Positions 19,044 through 43,091 of a stretch of DNA of 64,000 nucleotides are shown piece after piece; position 1 is the stretch's first letter, and the number at the start of each line of letters is the position of its first letter. The position numbers were made by a program, and so were the translations under genes. A model generated the notes under the pieces. That model did not search any database. It was given only the letters and a program-made list of their open reading frames with translations, and was not told the DNA's origin. This stretch comes from the human T2T-CHM13v2.0 reference genome, Homo sapiens, in assembly GCF_009914755.1 (NCBI RefSeq), contig NC_060925.1. One strand, 5' to 3'.

Positions 19044-20156
19044 TTAGATAGAGAATGCTGAGAAAATTAGGAGGGTGTTAGGGGAAGCTTTAAAGGAGAG
19101 AGTGGTATTTGAGACGGGAGGGGGCAAGAAGAATTCCAGATAGAATAAAGAAAGGTGCAGAAGAGCAACCATTCAAGATGTGCTTAGGGAACAGTGACTA
19201 CACCAATCTGACACATGTCAGGGAACAATGGGGTGATAAGTTGGGCTCACATTTGGAGAGGCTAAAAAGTCTGTACTTAATTCCATAGATAATTCCATAG
19301 AGTGTCTGATATTTTCGTTGAGAAATGACATGATTAAAGTAGTGCTTTAGGGCAATTAATATGGCAACTGCCCGGGTGGTGGGGACAGATTGGAGGGATA
19401 AAAGATCTAGGTGCTTCAATGCAGGTGATAGCAGAGCATAACAAAGTCTTCCTACCTCCGCATCAAATGCAGCTCAAGGGAGAACTTCCCACCTAGCACT
19501 TACATATTCAATATTTATACTTAACCAATTATGTTTTTAGTTGGTCTTCTTTCTTTTCCAAGCCTGACTCGTGACTCCCGTAATATTAGAGTGAGCTTCC
19601 TGAGAACGGGCCCTTAATTGTTCTTTTCCTCTTCCTCCCTTTGTAACAGAGGCCCTAATTCCCTCCACACTGTGTCCAGCCTAGTAGTGAACCTCACTCA
19701 GGAGGAACAAACTGACACACAACTTCTGGGTGGGGGCCCAGCCTACACTTTCCTTCTGCTTTGGTTTCAGGCATTTTTGACAACATCTAAAACATCCAAT
19801 TAATTCAGAGGGTGAAAAAAAAGGAATTGGCAGGCAGGTGGGGATGAACAGATGTGCCTGTGTCATAGTGAAAGACAGATTTGAGTTATGGTCCGTTAAA
19901 AAAATTTGTGACATTCATTGAGAAGTTATTGTATGTCAAGCATCTTGTAGTTCAAATGTATTATCTCATTCATCTAGTTGGCAAGCCTATGAGATAGTTT
20001 CTATTATTTTACAAATGAGAAAACTGATGCACAGAGAAGTTCAATAATTTGTTAATTATTAATAGCAAGTGGCAGAGTCAAGATTTGAACTATGTCTCTT
20101 TACTATTAAAAGTCCATTATTTTGGCCAGGTGCGGTGGCTCATGCCTATAATCTCA

Positions 20157-20444
<288 letters not shown>

Positions 20445-20992
20445 CTACTGATTCTACATTAGAGACCTAGATATCAAGGCCAGTGTATCTTCAATTCTTT
20501 AATCCATACCCTTCTCCTGAAACGCAACAGCACTGTTGCCTGAGTGTTTGTTGAAGAGGTTTATTTCTTTGGTTTAAGACTTTGTTCCCAGAGATTAAAT
20601 TGCAGATCCCTAACCTTCTCACTACTAAGTAGCTCTTAGGAGTGGATCTCAAAGCTTGAAAAGATTTTAGCCTGCCAGACAAATATCATTAATTAATCCC
20701 TTTTCCCTTAAGACAGCCAGGCCTACCACACTACCTTGATGGGTTTCTGGACAAAAAAAAAAAAAAAAGCAAAGGTAGCATAAATATAATTGATGATTTC
20801 TATTAGACTTCTTTGGAAAGGAGAAAACAACTCTTACACCTTCATTAACACCTCCATGGAGCCTCCAGGTTAGTGGTAGTAGGGGTTCAGGACTTACATT
20901 AGAAATCCCTGTTTTGACCTTTTCTGTTAGAATGCTTGACTGCCTGGCATTTTCCTATTAATACTAGGATTTTTTTTTCTTTTTTTTTTTGA

Positions 20993-21211
<219 letters not shown>

Positions 21212-21513
21212 TGATCCACCCACCTCGGCCTCCCAAGGTGCTGGGATTACAGGCGTGAGCCACCGAGCCTGGCCCTTTTTTTTTTTTTAACTTATCCTAT
21301 CTCATATATAACAATCCAAGAAATATTAATAGCTATCAGTTAGAATGTGTTTTAAAAAACACTTCCGCTGGCCCAGTGGCTCACGCCTGTAATCCTAGCA
21401 CTTTGAGAGGCCGAGGTGGGCAGATCATGAGGTCAGGAGTTCCAGACCAGCATGGCCATCATGGTGAAACCCAGTCTCTACTAAAATACAAAAATTAGCT
21501 GCGTATGATGTCA

Positions 21514-22078
<565 letters not shown>

Positions 22079-22383
22079 CTAGGACCCCGACTCTGGCTGT
22101 GGCTGTGGATGCTTCTGAACAGTGCTAAGTGGAAGCCCATGAAAGAACAGACTGTTCTCAAGGCCCATGGAGGAAAAGATGTTACAAGCCATCCCTCCAG
22201 ATTCCTGGACAAGCTCTGAGTCCCTGCCCAGAAACCAAAAGGTAAGTATAAGTGGGCCAAATGCAAGAACTCCAGGTTTTCAGTCTTTACCACTGACCAA
22301 CAAAATGACCGGATTTTTTTTTTTTTTTTTTTTTTTGAGATGGAGTCTCACTCTGTCACCCAGGCTGGAGTGCAGTGGCATGA

Positions 22384-22497
<114 letters not shown>

Positions 22498-22542
22498 TAG
22501 TAGAGATGGAGTTTCTTTTTTTTTTTTTTTTTTTTTTTTTAG

Positions 22543-22644
<102 letters not shown>

Positions 22645-22701
22645 TGAGTAGCTGGGACTACAGGCATGTGCTACCACGCCCAGATAATTTTTATATTTTT
22701 A

Positions 22702-23253
<552 letters not shown>

Positions 23254-23950
23254 TTACATAAATTTTAAAAGTAGTATTAGTAAAAAAAGAATAATATTTT
23301 AATTTATAAAACATTACTCTCATTTTATAAATTAGAAAACTCAGGCCAGGCGCAATGGCTCATGCTTGTAATCCCAACACCTTGGGAGGCCGAGGTGGGC
23401 AGATCACAAGGTCAGGAGTTCGAGACCAGCCTGACTAAACTGTTTTTAGTTTCTACTAAAAATACAAAAATTAGCCAGGCATGATATCATGCGTGCCTGT
23501 AGTCCCAGCTACTCGGGAAAAGAAAAAGAAAAAAGAGAGAAAAAAAAAGAAAACTGAGGCACAGAGAGATTCAGTACCTTGCCCAAGAGTGCCCAAGTAT
23601 TTGTGTACATGACTGAGTCAGGCTGTGTGACTCCAAGGTGAGTAACCTATGCCAGTTACTGGGAATGGGCTGAAAGGGTTTGCAAAGGAAGCTGAAGACC
23701 ATTCTCACCCTGCCCTGGGGGAATCATGGAATGGTGCCGAATAGAAAAGGCAAGTTTAGGCTGTTCTAGGTTTCCCCTTCCAGAAATGACGTTGGCCTAA
23801 AACCATGGTCGTCAAATGTTTTTGTTCTTATATTTTGTAAGAGACTTGAAAAACCATGTACCCCCTTGTACGTTTTAAAGTTAGCAACTGACATTTTTCA
23901 TTGTAAGTTTAAAGAGCTGTAAGATAGAATTACTGGCTTTTTGTGATTAA

Positions 23951-24223
<273 letters not shown>

Positions 24224-24570
24224 TGAGCCCAGCCGAAAGCACCCTTTTAAAGGAATCTACAGGAATATAAATATAGTAATTTGATATTACCATCATCAAT
24301 TTAGAAAATTCATGACTACACTTTTTTTTTTAAATTTTTATCTTTATATATTTATTTGAGACAAGGTCTTGCTCTGTTGTCCAGCCTAGAGAGCAGTGGC
24401 ACATCACAGCTCACTGCAGTCTCAAACTTCTGGGCTCAAGCCATCCTCCCAGCTCTCATATCACACTCTTTAATTTTACATTATTTCTTTTTTTTTTTTT
24501 TTGAAATCATATTTTGAATCCATTTCTATGTAATCTTGTACTAATATAATTAGTGATTAAAAACATTTTA

Positions 24571-24925
<355 letters not shown>

Positions 24926-26013
24926 TCAGGATTAGGGAAGAGTAAGAGATAAACTTTTTTTGATAAAGTGAGAAGAGGGCAATTGAGAAAATGAGATGGG
25001 AAAAGAAAATCAGGGCTGCAGATGTCCTCTGGGGCGCATCAAATTGAGGATCTAGAAATTGATTTCTTTGAAACTAACCACTGCCCTGTACTCCTTGGAA
25101 AGTATTTACATACCTACCCTAACCACTACTGGCAGCCCTAATGATCTCCATGTTAAATGTGTTTCTCCCAGCCACACCTGCCCAGAGGGAGAAACTGGGT
25201 CATGGTAGCAGTAACCAAGCAGTGCTCTTTGTTCCTTACCCCACCAGATTTACACAACCTATAACCCTCTCAGTGATCTTCTGAGTCATTCTGGAGTCTC
25301 TGGGGGTAGATTTCATATGCTCACTAATTGGTCTTCTTGGCCTCTTGGTGGTTTCTGCTCATTTCATTCATCTCCTATAGCTTGGCACAGTAGAACTGCT
25401 AGCCTCTTAGCTGCCAGAGCCAAACAGACTGTTCCATGTGAGAAAACCAACCTCCAGATTCCTGGGGCGTTTCTGGTGTAGTGACCTTCCAGAGGGAAAT
25501 CTACCCCTACTCCTATCCAGTACTCTTCCCTGCCATGAGGGGATTTAGAAGGGAAAGCACTCCCTGCTGACAGTTCTTACAGGGGTTTGTGAAACAAATA
25601 ATCCCATTTGGTCACCCTTTTGGTTGAGAAGTGGTGATAAATGCTCGAAGTGGTCTGAAGTGCCAGGTGCTATAAAAGAACAGAAAGGGGCCTGTGATCC
25701 CTGACTGCACTTTATATTTCAGCATTACCCACTATTTTTTCATATCCCACGACTCAAGATTCCCTCTCAAGTCTTTGCTCTTTGATCTCCTTGATGAACT
25801 CACATTCACCCTTCAAATCTCATCTCAATCCCTTCTTTCAGGATGTGTTCCCATTCCGCTAATGCCCTTGAGGGTTTTCTGCTATCTCCATGCTTTTACT
25901 ACATTTTGGTTTATTTGCTCTTACTATATATTTTCTTGTTAGTCTTTGTATCCAGTTAAACTATGGGCTCCTGAGGGTGTTGGGACTCAGGAGATACCAC
26001 ATTTAAGTATGAC

Positions 26014-26141
26014 TGTAGGAGACAGAAATATGCCACCCCAAAACATGCCTTTTTGGCATATTAATAATTTCCGGCTGGTTATTTTGAGAAATTGCAGACA
26101 TAGGAGTAGCTTTGGAAAGTTACTCTTGTAAGAGAAATGTG
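26014..26141 (+). mobile_element. 5' fragment of a MER34-like ERV1 LTR
   Basis: Starts TGTAGGAGACAGAAATATGCCACCCCAAAA, typical of the MER34 group; interrupted by Tigger2. Confidence 0.6.
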
Positions 26142-30111
<3,970 letters not shown>

Positions 30112-30659
30112 GCACTTCTGTCTGTCTTGTTATCTTCTGCTGCATAAACAGAAGGGAGTAGTGCCTTTAAATCAGCCCAAGCGCCTCTGGGTATCTTGAA
30201 GATAACCAGCTCTTTCCACAGGCCTTTGTGACTCTGGAGGTTCTCAGATCTGGAGGGTGCTAAGGAGGGGACAGGTCAGAAGCCTCTGGGCATGAGTTGT
30301 TGGACACAGCCAAGGTCAGAAGAATTCTTGATTTTTAAGTAGGTAGAGCATCCATCTCTGCTGGAGGGGAAAGGAGGGGCCTTCTGTGATTCTTCTGCCA
30401 GTTGGGATGAAAGAAACAGTCAATGGAGAACCAGCCTATTATCTGAGCTCAGCCCTCTCCAAACAATGCTCTTGTTGATACATTCTCTGCTTCTTTTTCA
30501 AGGGGAGGGAACAGCTGTAGGCTGATCTATGAAATCTTCTGGCCTGGAATTGGAAGGATCTGGCCTGACTCTTCTGGGGGAGGCCATCATATCAGGATGT
30601 TATCCAAGCAAGCCCCTGGCTCAGATCTATACATTCTATTTCACTGCATTTGTGTACAG

Positions 30660-30830
30660 CAGTGCTGCTCAAAATGTGGTCAGTCCTCCACTGGCATCAT
30701 TAAAATACCTTAGGAGTGTTAAGAATGCAAATTCTTGGGCCCCGGGAATTCCTGGGTAAGGCCCAGGAAGCTGTGGTTTAACAAGCTCGCCAGGTGATTT
30801 TTATGTTATGCTAAACTATGAAAAGTACTG
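30660..30830. mobile_element. MER5A (hAT-Charlie MITE)
   Basis: CAGTG..CTCAAA...AATGCAAATTCTTGGGCCCC...AACAAGCTCGCCAGGTGATT...TACTG. Confidence 0.75.
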
Positions 30831-31210
30831 CTATGTGGGATTCTCTCTCTCTCTCACACACACATACACATACACGCACACCACACAGCTACCTAAAACT
30901 CCTGCAGCTGCTAATGCCACTTGGTCATTTTCCTGTGGTTTTCCTCAGCAGGGCCCTGGGATTTGTTTTTCTCCACTGTGGACCTTGTTCATTTCCTGCT
31001 GCTTCCAAGAGGTTGGGAGAGGAAAGAGAGCAGGAATGAAGGCGGGAGGGGGAAGGGGTTAGCTAAGGCAGTGTAGCTTTCAAGAATGAAAAGGAAAAAG
31101 CTTAGTGACAGTGTTCCTTTGTGAAGAATTCAGCTTTATGTTGATGGAGCTGCAAGTCATTAGCAACCCAGGCATATGGCCCGAGTTGACCGGGTCATTC
31201 TCCGGGGCCA

Positions 31211-31229
31211 GATCGCCCTCTGCTGCTGA
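31211..31229 (-). promoter_or_regulatory. Candidate CTCF site
   Basis: Minus strand TCAGCAGCAGAGGGCGATC resembles the CTCF core CCAGCAGAGGGCG; non-repeat context with retained CpGs. Confidence 0.55.
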
Positions 31230-31554
31230 CTGATAAATAACACTCTGGGACTCGAACTGCCAAGGAAAAGAGGAAGAGTCTCTGGGGCTAGGGTGGGAGG
31301 GAAAGAGGACATGACTAAGGCTAAGAGATCACAAAGTCACCAGGCTGTAGAAGAATCTTGTTAAATTCCTGTGTGCAGGAAAGGAAGAAGTAGCCAAATG
31401 AGCGGGCGTTTCTAGGACTCATTCAAGAAACAGTAGGATTCACCCAAGATCTCCACTAGCTCCTGTGATCCTAGCTCCCAGCTTAATGAGGCTCTGCAAC
31501 CATTCTCCCTTTTATTCCTCACCTTTACCTCACTTGGAACATAAAGGGTGTTTA

Positions 31555-31999
<445 letters not shown>

Positions 32000-32379
32000 T
32001 CAGACTTTCTTTGTTTCTTTTGCCTCCATGAAAGCCCTGTGTCTTTCAGTCTTTCTTCTCCTGCCAGGGAACTCTTACTCCACAGCTGTGGAGTCAGCCC
32101 TTCTCAGCCCTTCTCAGCCCTTGCCCCACTTTATTGCAGTTGGGAATGACAGTTCATGTGGGTCACTGGTGAAGAGAGCAAAGATTTGTTCACAGAATAA
32201 AAGCTCAGGCACAGCAGTTGCTCTGCCAGCCATGGGCAGTGACCCATTTCCTCCTTCTTCTTGCCTTTGTCCCTTCCCAGCTCAGACTATAGCTGGTCAC
32301 TGAGGGTCTTCACCCCTCTACCACTCACCCTTGCGACTCCTGCTGGGAAGATAACTTCAGAGTCAGGTCTGGAAAATTA

Positions 32380-32839
<460 letters not shown>

Positions 32840-33250
32840 TCATGAAACACTCTAGCCTCTCCCCCAAGCACCCTCATGTATAGGGTGAGTCCATCTAAGT
32901 GAGGCCAAGCCCTTTAACCAAAACAAACATCTTTAAATAAAATTTTATTTGCTTCGTTTTTGGTCTACATGGGACCAAATATCTGAATCTACCACATTTG
33001 GATAATTTTGCCAATATTACCCCAAATATATGCTGGTTATCTGTTCGTATCACTACCTTGTGGTTATGGTACTTGAAGGACAATTTCGTCACTCCTAAGT
33101 CTTCATCGTGAGCAAGGTTTTTTGCATCTCTGGAGCAATAGTGTGCCTGAGTTGACTATAATCATGGGCGCTTTTGTTGGCAAGATGTGGGACTGGTCTC
33201 TGCACATACAGGCAGGTAGGGGGTTAAAGAGAAGAATGGTTACTAGAAGG

Positions 33251-33427
33251 CATGAATCACTTACATAATTTGCAGGGCTAAGTGTAGAATGAAAATTCAG
33301 GATATCTTTTATTCAAAAATTATTAAGAATTTCAAGATGATGACAGCAGAACACTAAGCATGAAGCCCCTTCTAAGACTGGGGACCTGTGTGATGGCATA
33401 GGTCACAGGCCCATGAAGCCAGCCCTG
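33251..33427 (-). mobile_element. MER45A (hAT-Tip100 MITE)
   Basis: TTCAAAAATTATTAAGAATTTCAAGATG...CCCATGAAGCCAGCCCTG; 8-bp TSD CTAGAAGG/GTAGAAGG. Confidence 0.85.
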
Positions 33428-33972
33428 GTAGAAGGTACCCTAGGGAGGGTGTGGGCTAACAGATTCAAAGAGCAATGGGACATCCCCTTGTGTTTAGATT
33501 TTCCTCAATTTTAGTGTCATTCCCTTCTGTGATCCTCAAAACTTCTGTCAGGCTTTTTTTTCCTGGCACCTACTTGTTGGTTTTAGGTATTCTTTGGGGA
33601 GTAAAGGGTAGAGCCTGTGTCCAGGCTTGGGGAACCACATCTCGGGGAGAAAGCAACAGCAGTCAGGGAGAAGTCAGTCCCTAGATGGCATCAGGTGACC
33701 TGAGAGCTATGGAGCACAGCAAGGGTGGCAAATGTACTTGGGGAGGACACCTGCAAATGCCAGGGTCATATTGACTTTCTCCCAGTATTCCTGCCACAAA
33801 CAAACAAACAATTAAGTAAAGGGAAGTCTAATAATAAGAATTAGCCTCTCAGGCCGGGCGCGGTGGCTCACACCTATAATCCTAGCACTTTGGGAGGCCC
33901 AGGCGGGTTGATTGCCTGAGCTCAGGAGTTTGAGACCAGCCTGGGCAACATGGCAAAAGCCCGTCTCTACTA

Positions 33973-34163
<191 letters not shown>

Positions 34164-34313
34164 TCATATTCCAGAGAAGACGATTGGAATCATTGAAATT
34201 TGTATATTAAAGAAAATGTCGGCCGGGCATGGTGGCTCATGCCTTTAATGCAGGCACTTTGGGATGCCAAGGCGGGTGGTCACGAAGTCAGGAGATCGAG
34301 ACCATCCTGGCTA

Positions 34314-34569
<256 letters not shown>

Positions 34570-34572
34570 CTA

Positions 34573-34992
<420 letters not shown>

Positions 34993-36146
34993 TTAGTGGC
35001 AGGAGGTCCAGTATCTCCCTGGAGACCTTCCTACCAACCCTCTGAATTGTTCAAGAACAAGGGCTTCTGCCTGTCTTGTCAGGTCCTTGGGAGAGAGTGG
35101 AGGAGATGGTGTTCTCGTGTTAATTGAGGCTGAGAAAGCAGCACTGCTCACGTTTTGCTTTATTTTCTTCCTCTCCTAGGCAGAATCAGTGTTACATTTG
35201 TGGTCAGATGAGCTAACGACATCCTTCCTGACTTCTTTCTCAGAATTAGGAAACCCTGATTAGCATTTAGAACCTCATTTTCACAGACTTCACTCATTAA
35301 AACATCAAGACCTAGGTAACGCACCACTGAAATTTCATAATATGGAGGATATGTTTAAATATGTTTAAAATATGTATTTTTAACTGTGGTTAAAATATGT
35401 TTTTAAAATGTTTATGAGTCAAAATAATTAAAATTGCCATTTAACGTAAGAATTGATTGTTGCTTCTTCTTCTTCTAAGAGAGATGACAAAATTCTGTTT
35501 GGTGGGGAAATAAATCTCTATCTTATTCCCTGCTCTTCCCAGAAGCTATTGGGGGAGGCAAAAGGAAAAGAGAGCTCGAAGTGGTCCTGAGGGGTTGGAT
35601 CTGGGGAAAATGCTCACAGGATAGCAGGGCACAGTCACAAAGCTAGCTCTGCAAAGAAGGCCTGGGGTTGAATAGGGGGTAGAGAAGTCAGTTGCTTGTG
35701 TAACAAAATTGAGGGGAATTGAGTTTCTGGGGAGGCCAAGGGAAAAGGAAGAGGTGCCCGAAAATGGAATTAGCAAGGAGGAGTTGGGAAAGAAATGATG
35801 GTCAGATGCACTTTTGCAGTGTTTCTGTCTCTCCACTGTAAACCTCCTCCCTCTCCAGGGTCTGATATACACACCAATACCTTTGGCTAATAACTAATAA
35901 AACAAGTAATTATGTAACATTTGCATGTACCATACTGTTCTATGTATTTTACATACATGAACTTATTTAATTGTCATAATCTTATGAAGTTGGTACTGTC
36001 ATTATTCCATTTTCATAGATGAAGAAAATGAGGCACAGAGGGTGAGTAATTTGCCTATGAATACTCAGTTAATATTCTGAAGCCTCACTGGATATTAACA
36101 TGCTATTATTTATTTAAATGTCAGTAATCCAATAGGTTAAAAACCA

Positions 36147-37070
<924 letters not shown>

Positions 37071-37263
37071 ACCTGGGAGATATTTAATGCTAAGAACACT
37101 GTGCAGGAGGCTTTAAATACATTTTCTCAGGCCGGATGCGGTGTCTCAGGCCCATAATCCCAGCACTTTGGGAGGCCGAGGCAGGGGGATCACAAAATCA
37201 GGAGATCAAGACCATCCTGGCCAACATGGTGAAACCCCGTCTCTACTAAAAATACAAAAATTA

Positions 37264-37446
<183 letters not shown>

Positions 37447-37993
37447 TTAACTCTAGCAACAATCTTGTATGGCAGCTATTACTATCCTCACTCCACAAAC
37501 GAAGAAACTAAGGCATAATAAAATTAAGAATTTGCCACAAACCATACCACAATACTCAGGATTTGAACACAGATCTGGCAGACTTTTCCACCCATATGCT
37601 TAGTCACTAAGCACACTGCCTTTCAGAAGAAAGAAGACCTGGTCAGTACTTTCCTAAGTTAAACGGTGCTTTAACAAACGGTTAAAGACTCTGGGTCTGT
37701 TTAACTTAGAGAAGTAAAGGGAGTGGAGCTATTTTAAAATATTTTTAAAGTCTTATTTAGAAAATATGGTTCCTGAGGGCATAATTAGGGCAAAAAGATA
37801 GATCACTTATCTGCTCCATGTAAGTTTATAATCGTTGGAACTGTCCAAAAAGGGAATGAACTGCTTAGAAAAGAATAATTTGTGTGTACATGTGTCAGGT
37901 CACTAGGTACTGGGATAGAGCAGTGACCTAAGTTCCTGTCCTCAGGGAGTTTATTTCCAGTGTTTCTTTTTCTTTTCTTTTTTTTTTTTTTGA

Positions 37994-38152
<159 letters not shown>

Positions 38153-38426
38153 TAGTAGAGATGGGGTTTCTCCATGTTGGTCAGGCTGATCTCGAACTCC
38201 CGACCTCAGGTGATCCACCTGCCTCGGCCTCCCAAAGTGTTGGGATTACAGGCGTGAGCTACCGCGCCCAGCTATTTCCAATGTTTCTAAGTTTGCAAGG
38301 AAAATATGGCTGGTGGCCTCTCCAGATTCCTTCCAGAAGTGGTGACATACCCATTGGGCCTATACTAGATGGGCACTTGGATTGGTGAAATCTAAGTTTG
38401 CAATAAACTCAGTAATTCCTATTTGT

Positions 38427-38566
38427 CTCTTTTTTTTTTTCCTTTTTGTGGAGAACAGGGTCTCGCTATATTGCCCAGGCAGGTCTCGAATTCCTGGGCT
38501 CAAGCTACCCTCCCGCCTCTACCTCCCTAAGAGCTGGGATTACAGGCGTGAGCCATCACGCTCAGC
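38427..38566 (-). pseudogene. BC200 (BCYRN1) retropseudogene lacking the 3' unique domain
   Basis: Minus strand reads CCCAGCTCTTAGGGAGG...TAGCTTGAGCCCAGG..TTCGAGACCTGCCTGGGCAATATAGCGAGACCCTGTTCTCCACAAAAAGGAAAAAAAAAAAGAGAC, carrying BC200-diagnostic features. 14-bp TSD TAATTCCTATTTGT at 38413-38426 and 38569-38582. Confidence 0.88.
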
Positions 38567-38774
38567 AATAATTCCTATTTGTAAACATTTGGATAACTGG
38601 ATGTTTACAACTTTATTAAAATGTTTGCTACTCACACATTGAAAAGGAAACAGCTCCCATGTTGCCACTACCACTCTACCCAGGTCCTCTCCTCAGTCAC
38701 TCACAGCTGTTGCTATTGTTGTTTTAACAGTTATTCAAATCAGATTGGTTTGTATGTGTACACAGACTTGTACA

Positions 38775-39570
<796 letters not shown>

Positions 39571-39680
39571 AAGAAAATGTGTGAAAGGAAATACAGGAAA
39601 TTCTAAGCAGTACCCTTTGAAGTTAGGACTGTGGTAAGGGATGACTTAATTTTCCTTTTTTGTGCTGTTTAAATCTGTTA

Positions 39681-40932
<1,252 letters not shown>

Positions 40933-41136
40933 TCATCTTCAACATGTACTTCGCTTAGAACATGCAAGGCACTAGAATGGAAACGAATGGTTGTCTTCAT
41001 AGTAATTGTCACTGTAATCATCATTATCATCATCACCATAGTTAACCTGTACAAGGCACTCAGTTAGATGTCTTTACATGGAGTATATTGTTTGTTTAAT
41101 TCTAACAGTCATGTACACTATTACTATTATTATTGA

Positions 41137-41241
<105 letters not shown>

Positions 41242-42625
41242 TGAGTTGCTGGGATTACAGTCATGCGCCACCACGCCCGGCTAATTTTGTATTTTTAATA
41301 GAGACAGGGTTTCTCCCCGTTGGTCAGGCTGATCTGGAACTCCCGACCTCAGGTCATCTGCCTGCCTTGGCCTCCCAAAGTGCTGGGATTACAGGCGTGA
41401 ATCACCGTGCCCAGCCAGCTATTATTTTTAATCTTCATTTTACAGATGATGAAATTGAGTCAAAGAGAAGTATTTTACCTTAAGTTACAGAGTTAATGAG
41501 TGATAGAGTTGGGATTTTATTCTAGGCTCTTCCAGAACCAGTTTACTTAACCACCACTTTATACTGCCTCTCTAGGGTACTGAAATGAAAAAGATAGAGG
41601 CCCTGCTGTTGAGGCATTCATGGACTGGTGGGGAGATGGGTACCAAAACACATTGACCCTACCACAAGGTGTGTACAAAGTACCGTAAGAGGACCAAGGA
41701 GGCCAGGTGTGGTGGCTCACACCTATAATCCTAGCACTTTGGGAGGCCAAGGTGGATGGATCGCTTAAACCCAGGAGTTTGAGACCAGCCTGGGCAACAT
41801 ACAGAAACCCTGTCCCTACAAAAAAAAAAAAAGAAAAAAAAGAAAAGAAAAAATTAGCCGGGCGTGGTGGTGTGCACCTGTAGTCCCAGCTACTCGGGAG
41901 GCTGAGGTGGGAGCATCCTGTGAGCCCGGGGAGGTCAAGGCTGCAGTGAGCCATGATCACGCTAATGCACTTCAGCCTGGGCAACAGAGTGAGACTCCGT
42001 CTGAAAAAAGAAAAAAGAAAGGACCAAGAAAGTCCCCCTAGCCCTGCTTGGGGAAAGCAGAGAAAGTGGCATTTGAGCTGGACGTTGCAGGATAGGTGAG
42101 ATTGCCACATAGAGAAGGGGGAAAGGATATAGCAGGCAAAGGGAACTGTATGTACAAAGGGCACAGGAGAATGAAACACGAAAGCATTTCATATTTTGGA
42201 GAAAAGCAAATCACGTGAAGAGAGAATAGGGTGTTACAGTGGGAGGTGAGGACAGAGCCAGATTATGAGAGGCCTTGATGGCTGTTCAGGAGCCGTGGAA
42301 AGTGTATGAACAGAATGACAGGGTCAGAGCTGTGGTGAGGATGCTGGTGTGACTCCACCTTATCAGCTTAACATGGAGAACCTGAGACTTTCACCACAAG
42401 TCCAAAGAGACCCTGAGCTCAAACTGGTTATGACTTTGAAAGAAGAGGAGTTACTGCTCTGTTTATTGTTTATTTGCTTTTGCTTTGTTTGCTTGGGCTA
42501 CTGGTTTTAGAAGGGGCAGGAAGAGGCTCCAGCAAAATATTTGCTATTTTCTTGTAAAATAGAAACACCAGGCATGCTTCCCTCTTCATTGTTCTTACAA
42601 CCTATATAAGGAAGGTTATTATTCT

Positions 42626-43091
42626 ATTTGGATGCTTTCAGTTTCAACTAACAGAAAAATAAACTTGAATAAGGAATTTGCACTTCATTATGCTGGAAAG
42701 TCCAGAGGCAGCTGGCTTTAGATGAGGCTTGATGTAGCCCCAAAACAATGTCTTTCTTTCTTCTCTGCTGTCTTTATACTAAAGCTGACCTCCTTTGCAA
42801 TCCCAAGATGGGCTACCTACCTGCCTTCTCTTTATGCTCAGCAAGAAAGACAGCATTTTTGTCCCAGTGTTTCCAACAGTCCTGAGAATCACCCTGATTA
42901 CAAAGCTTTGGCCATATGCACCAATCACAATAGCGGTGGATAAAATGCAATATTACCTTTGCCTTTAGGGATTTCTTCCTTGACCCCTGAAATCAGGGAA
43001 AGAATCAACTTTTCCAGGACTCAAAATGTCCAAATGTAAAACAGGACTCCTGGGAAAGTGGAAAGGGATCAACCAACAACCATCCTCTACA
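42626..43091 (-). mobile_element. Old MLT1 (K/L/N-like) LTR
   Basis: GGATGCTTTCAGTT..AACAGAAA...AAGTCCAGAGG...CTCTACA. Confidence 0.55.
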
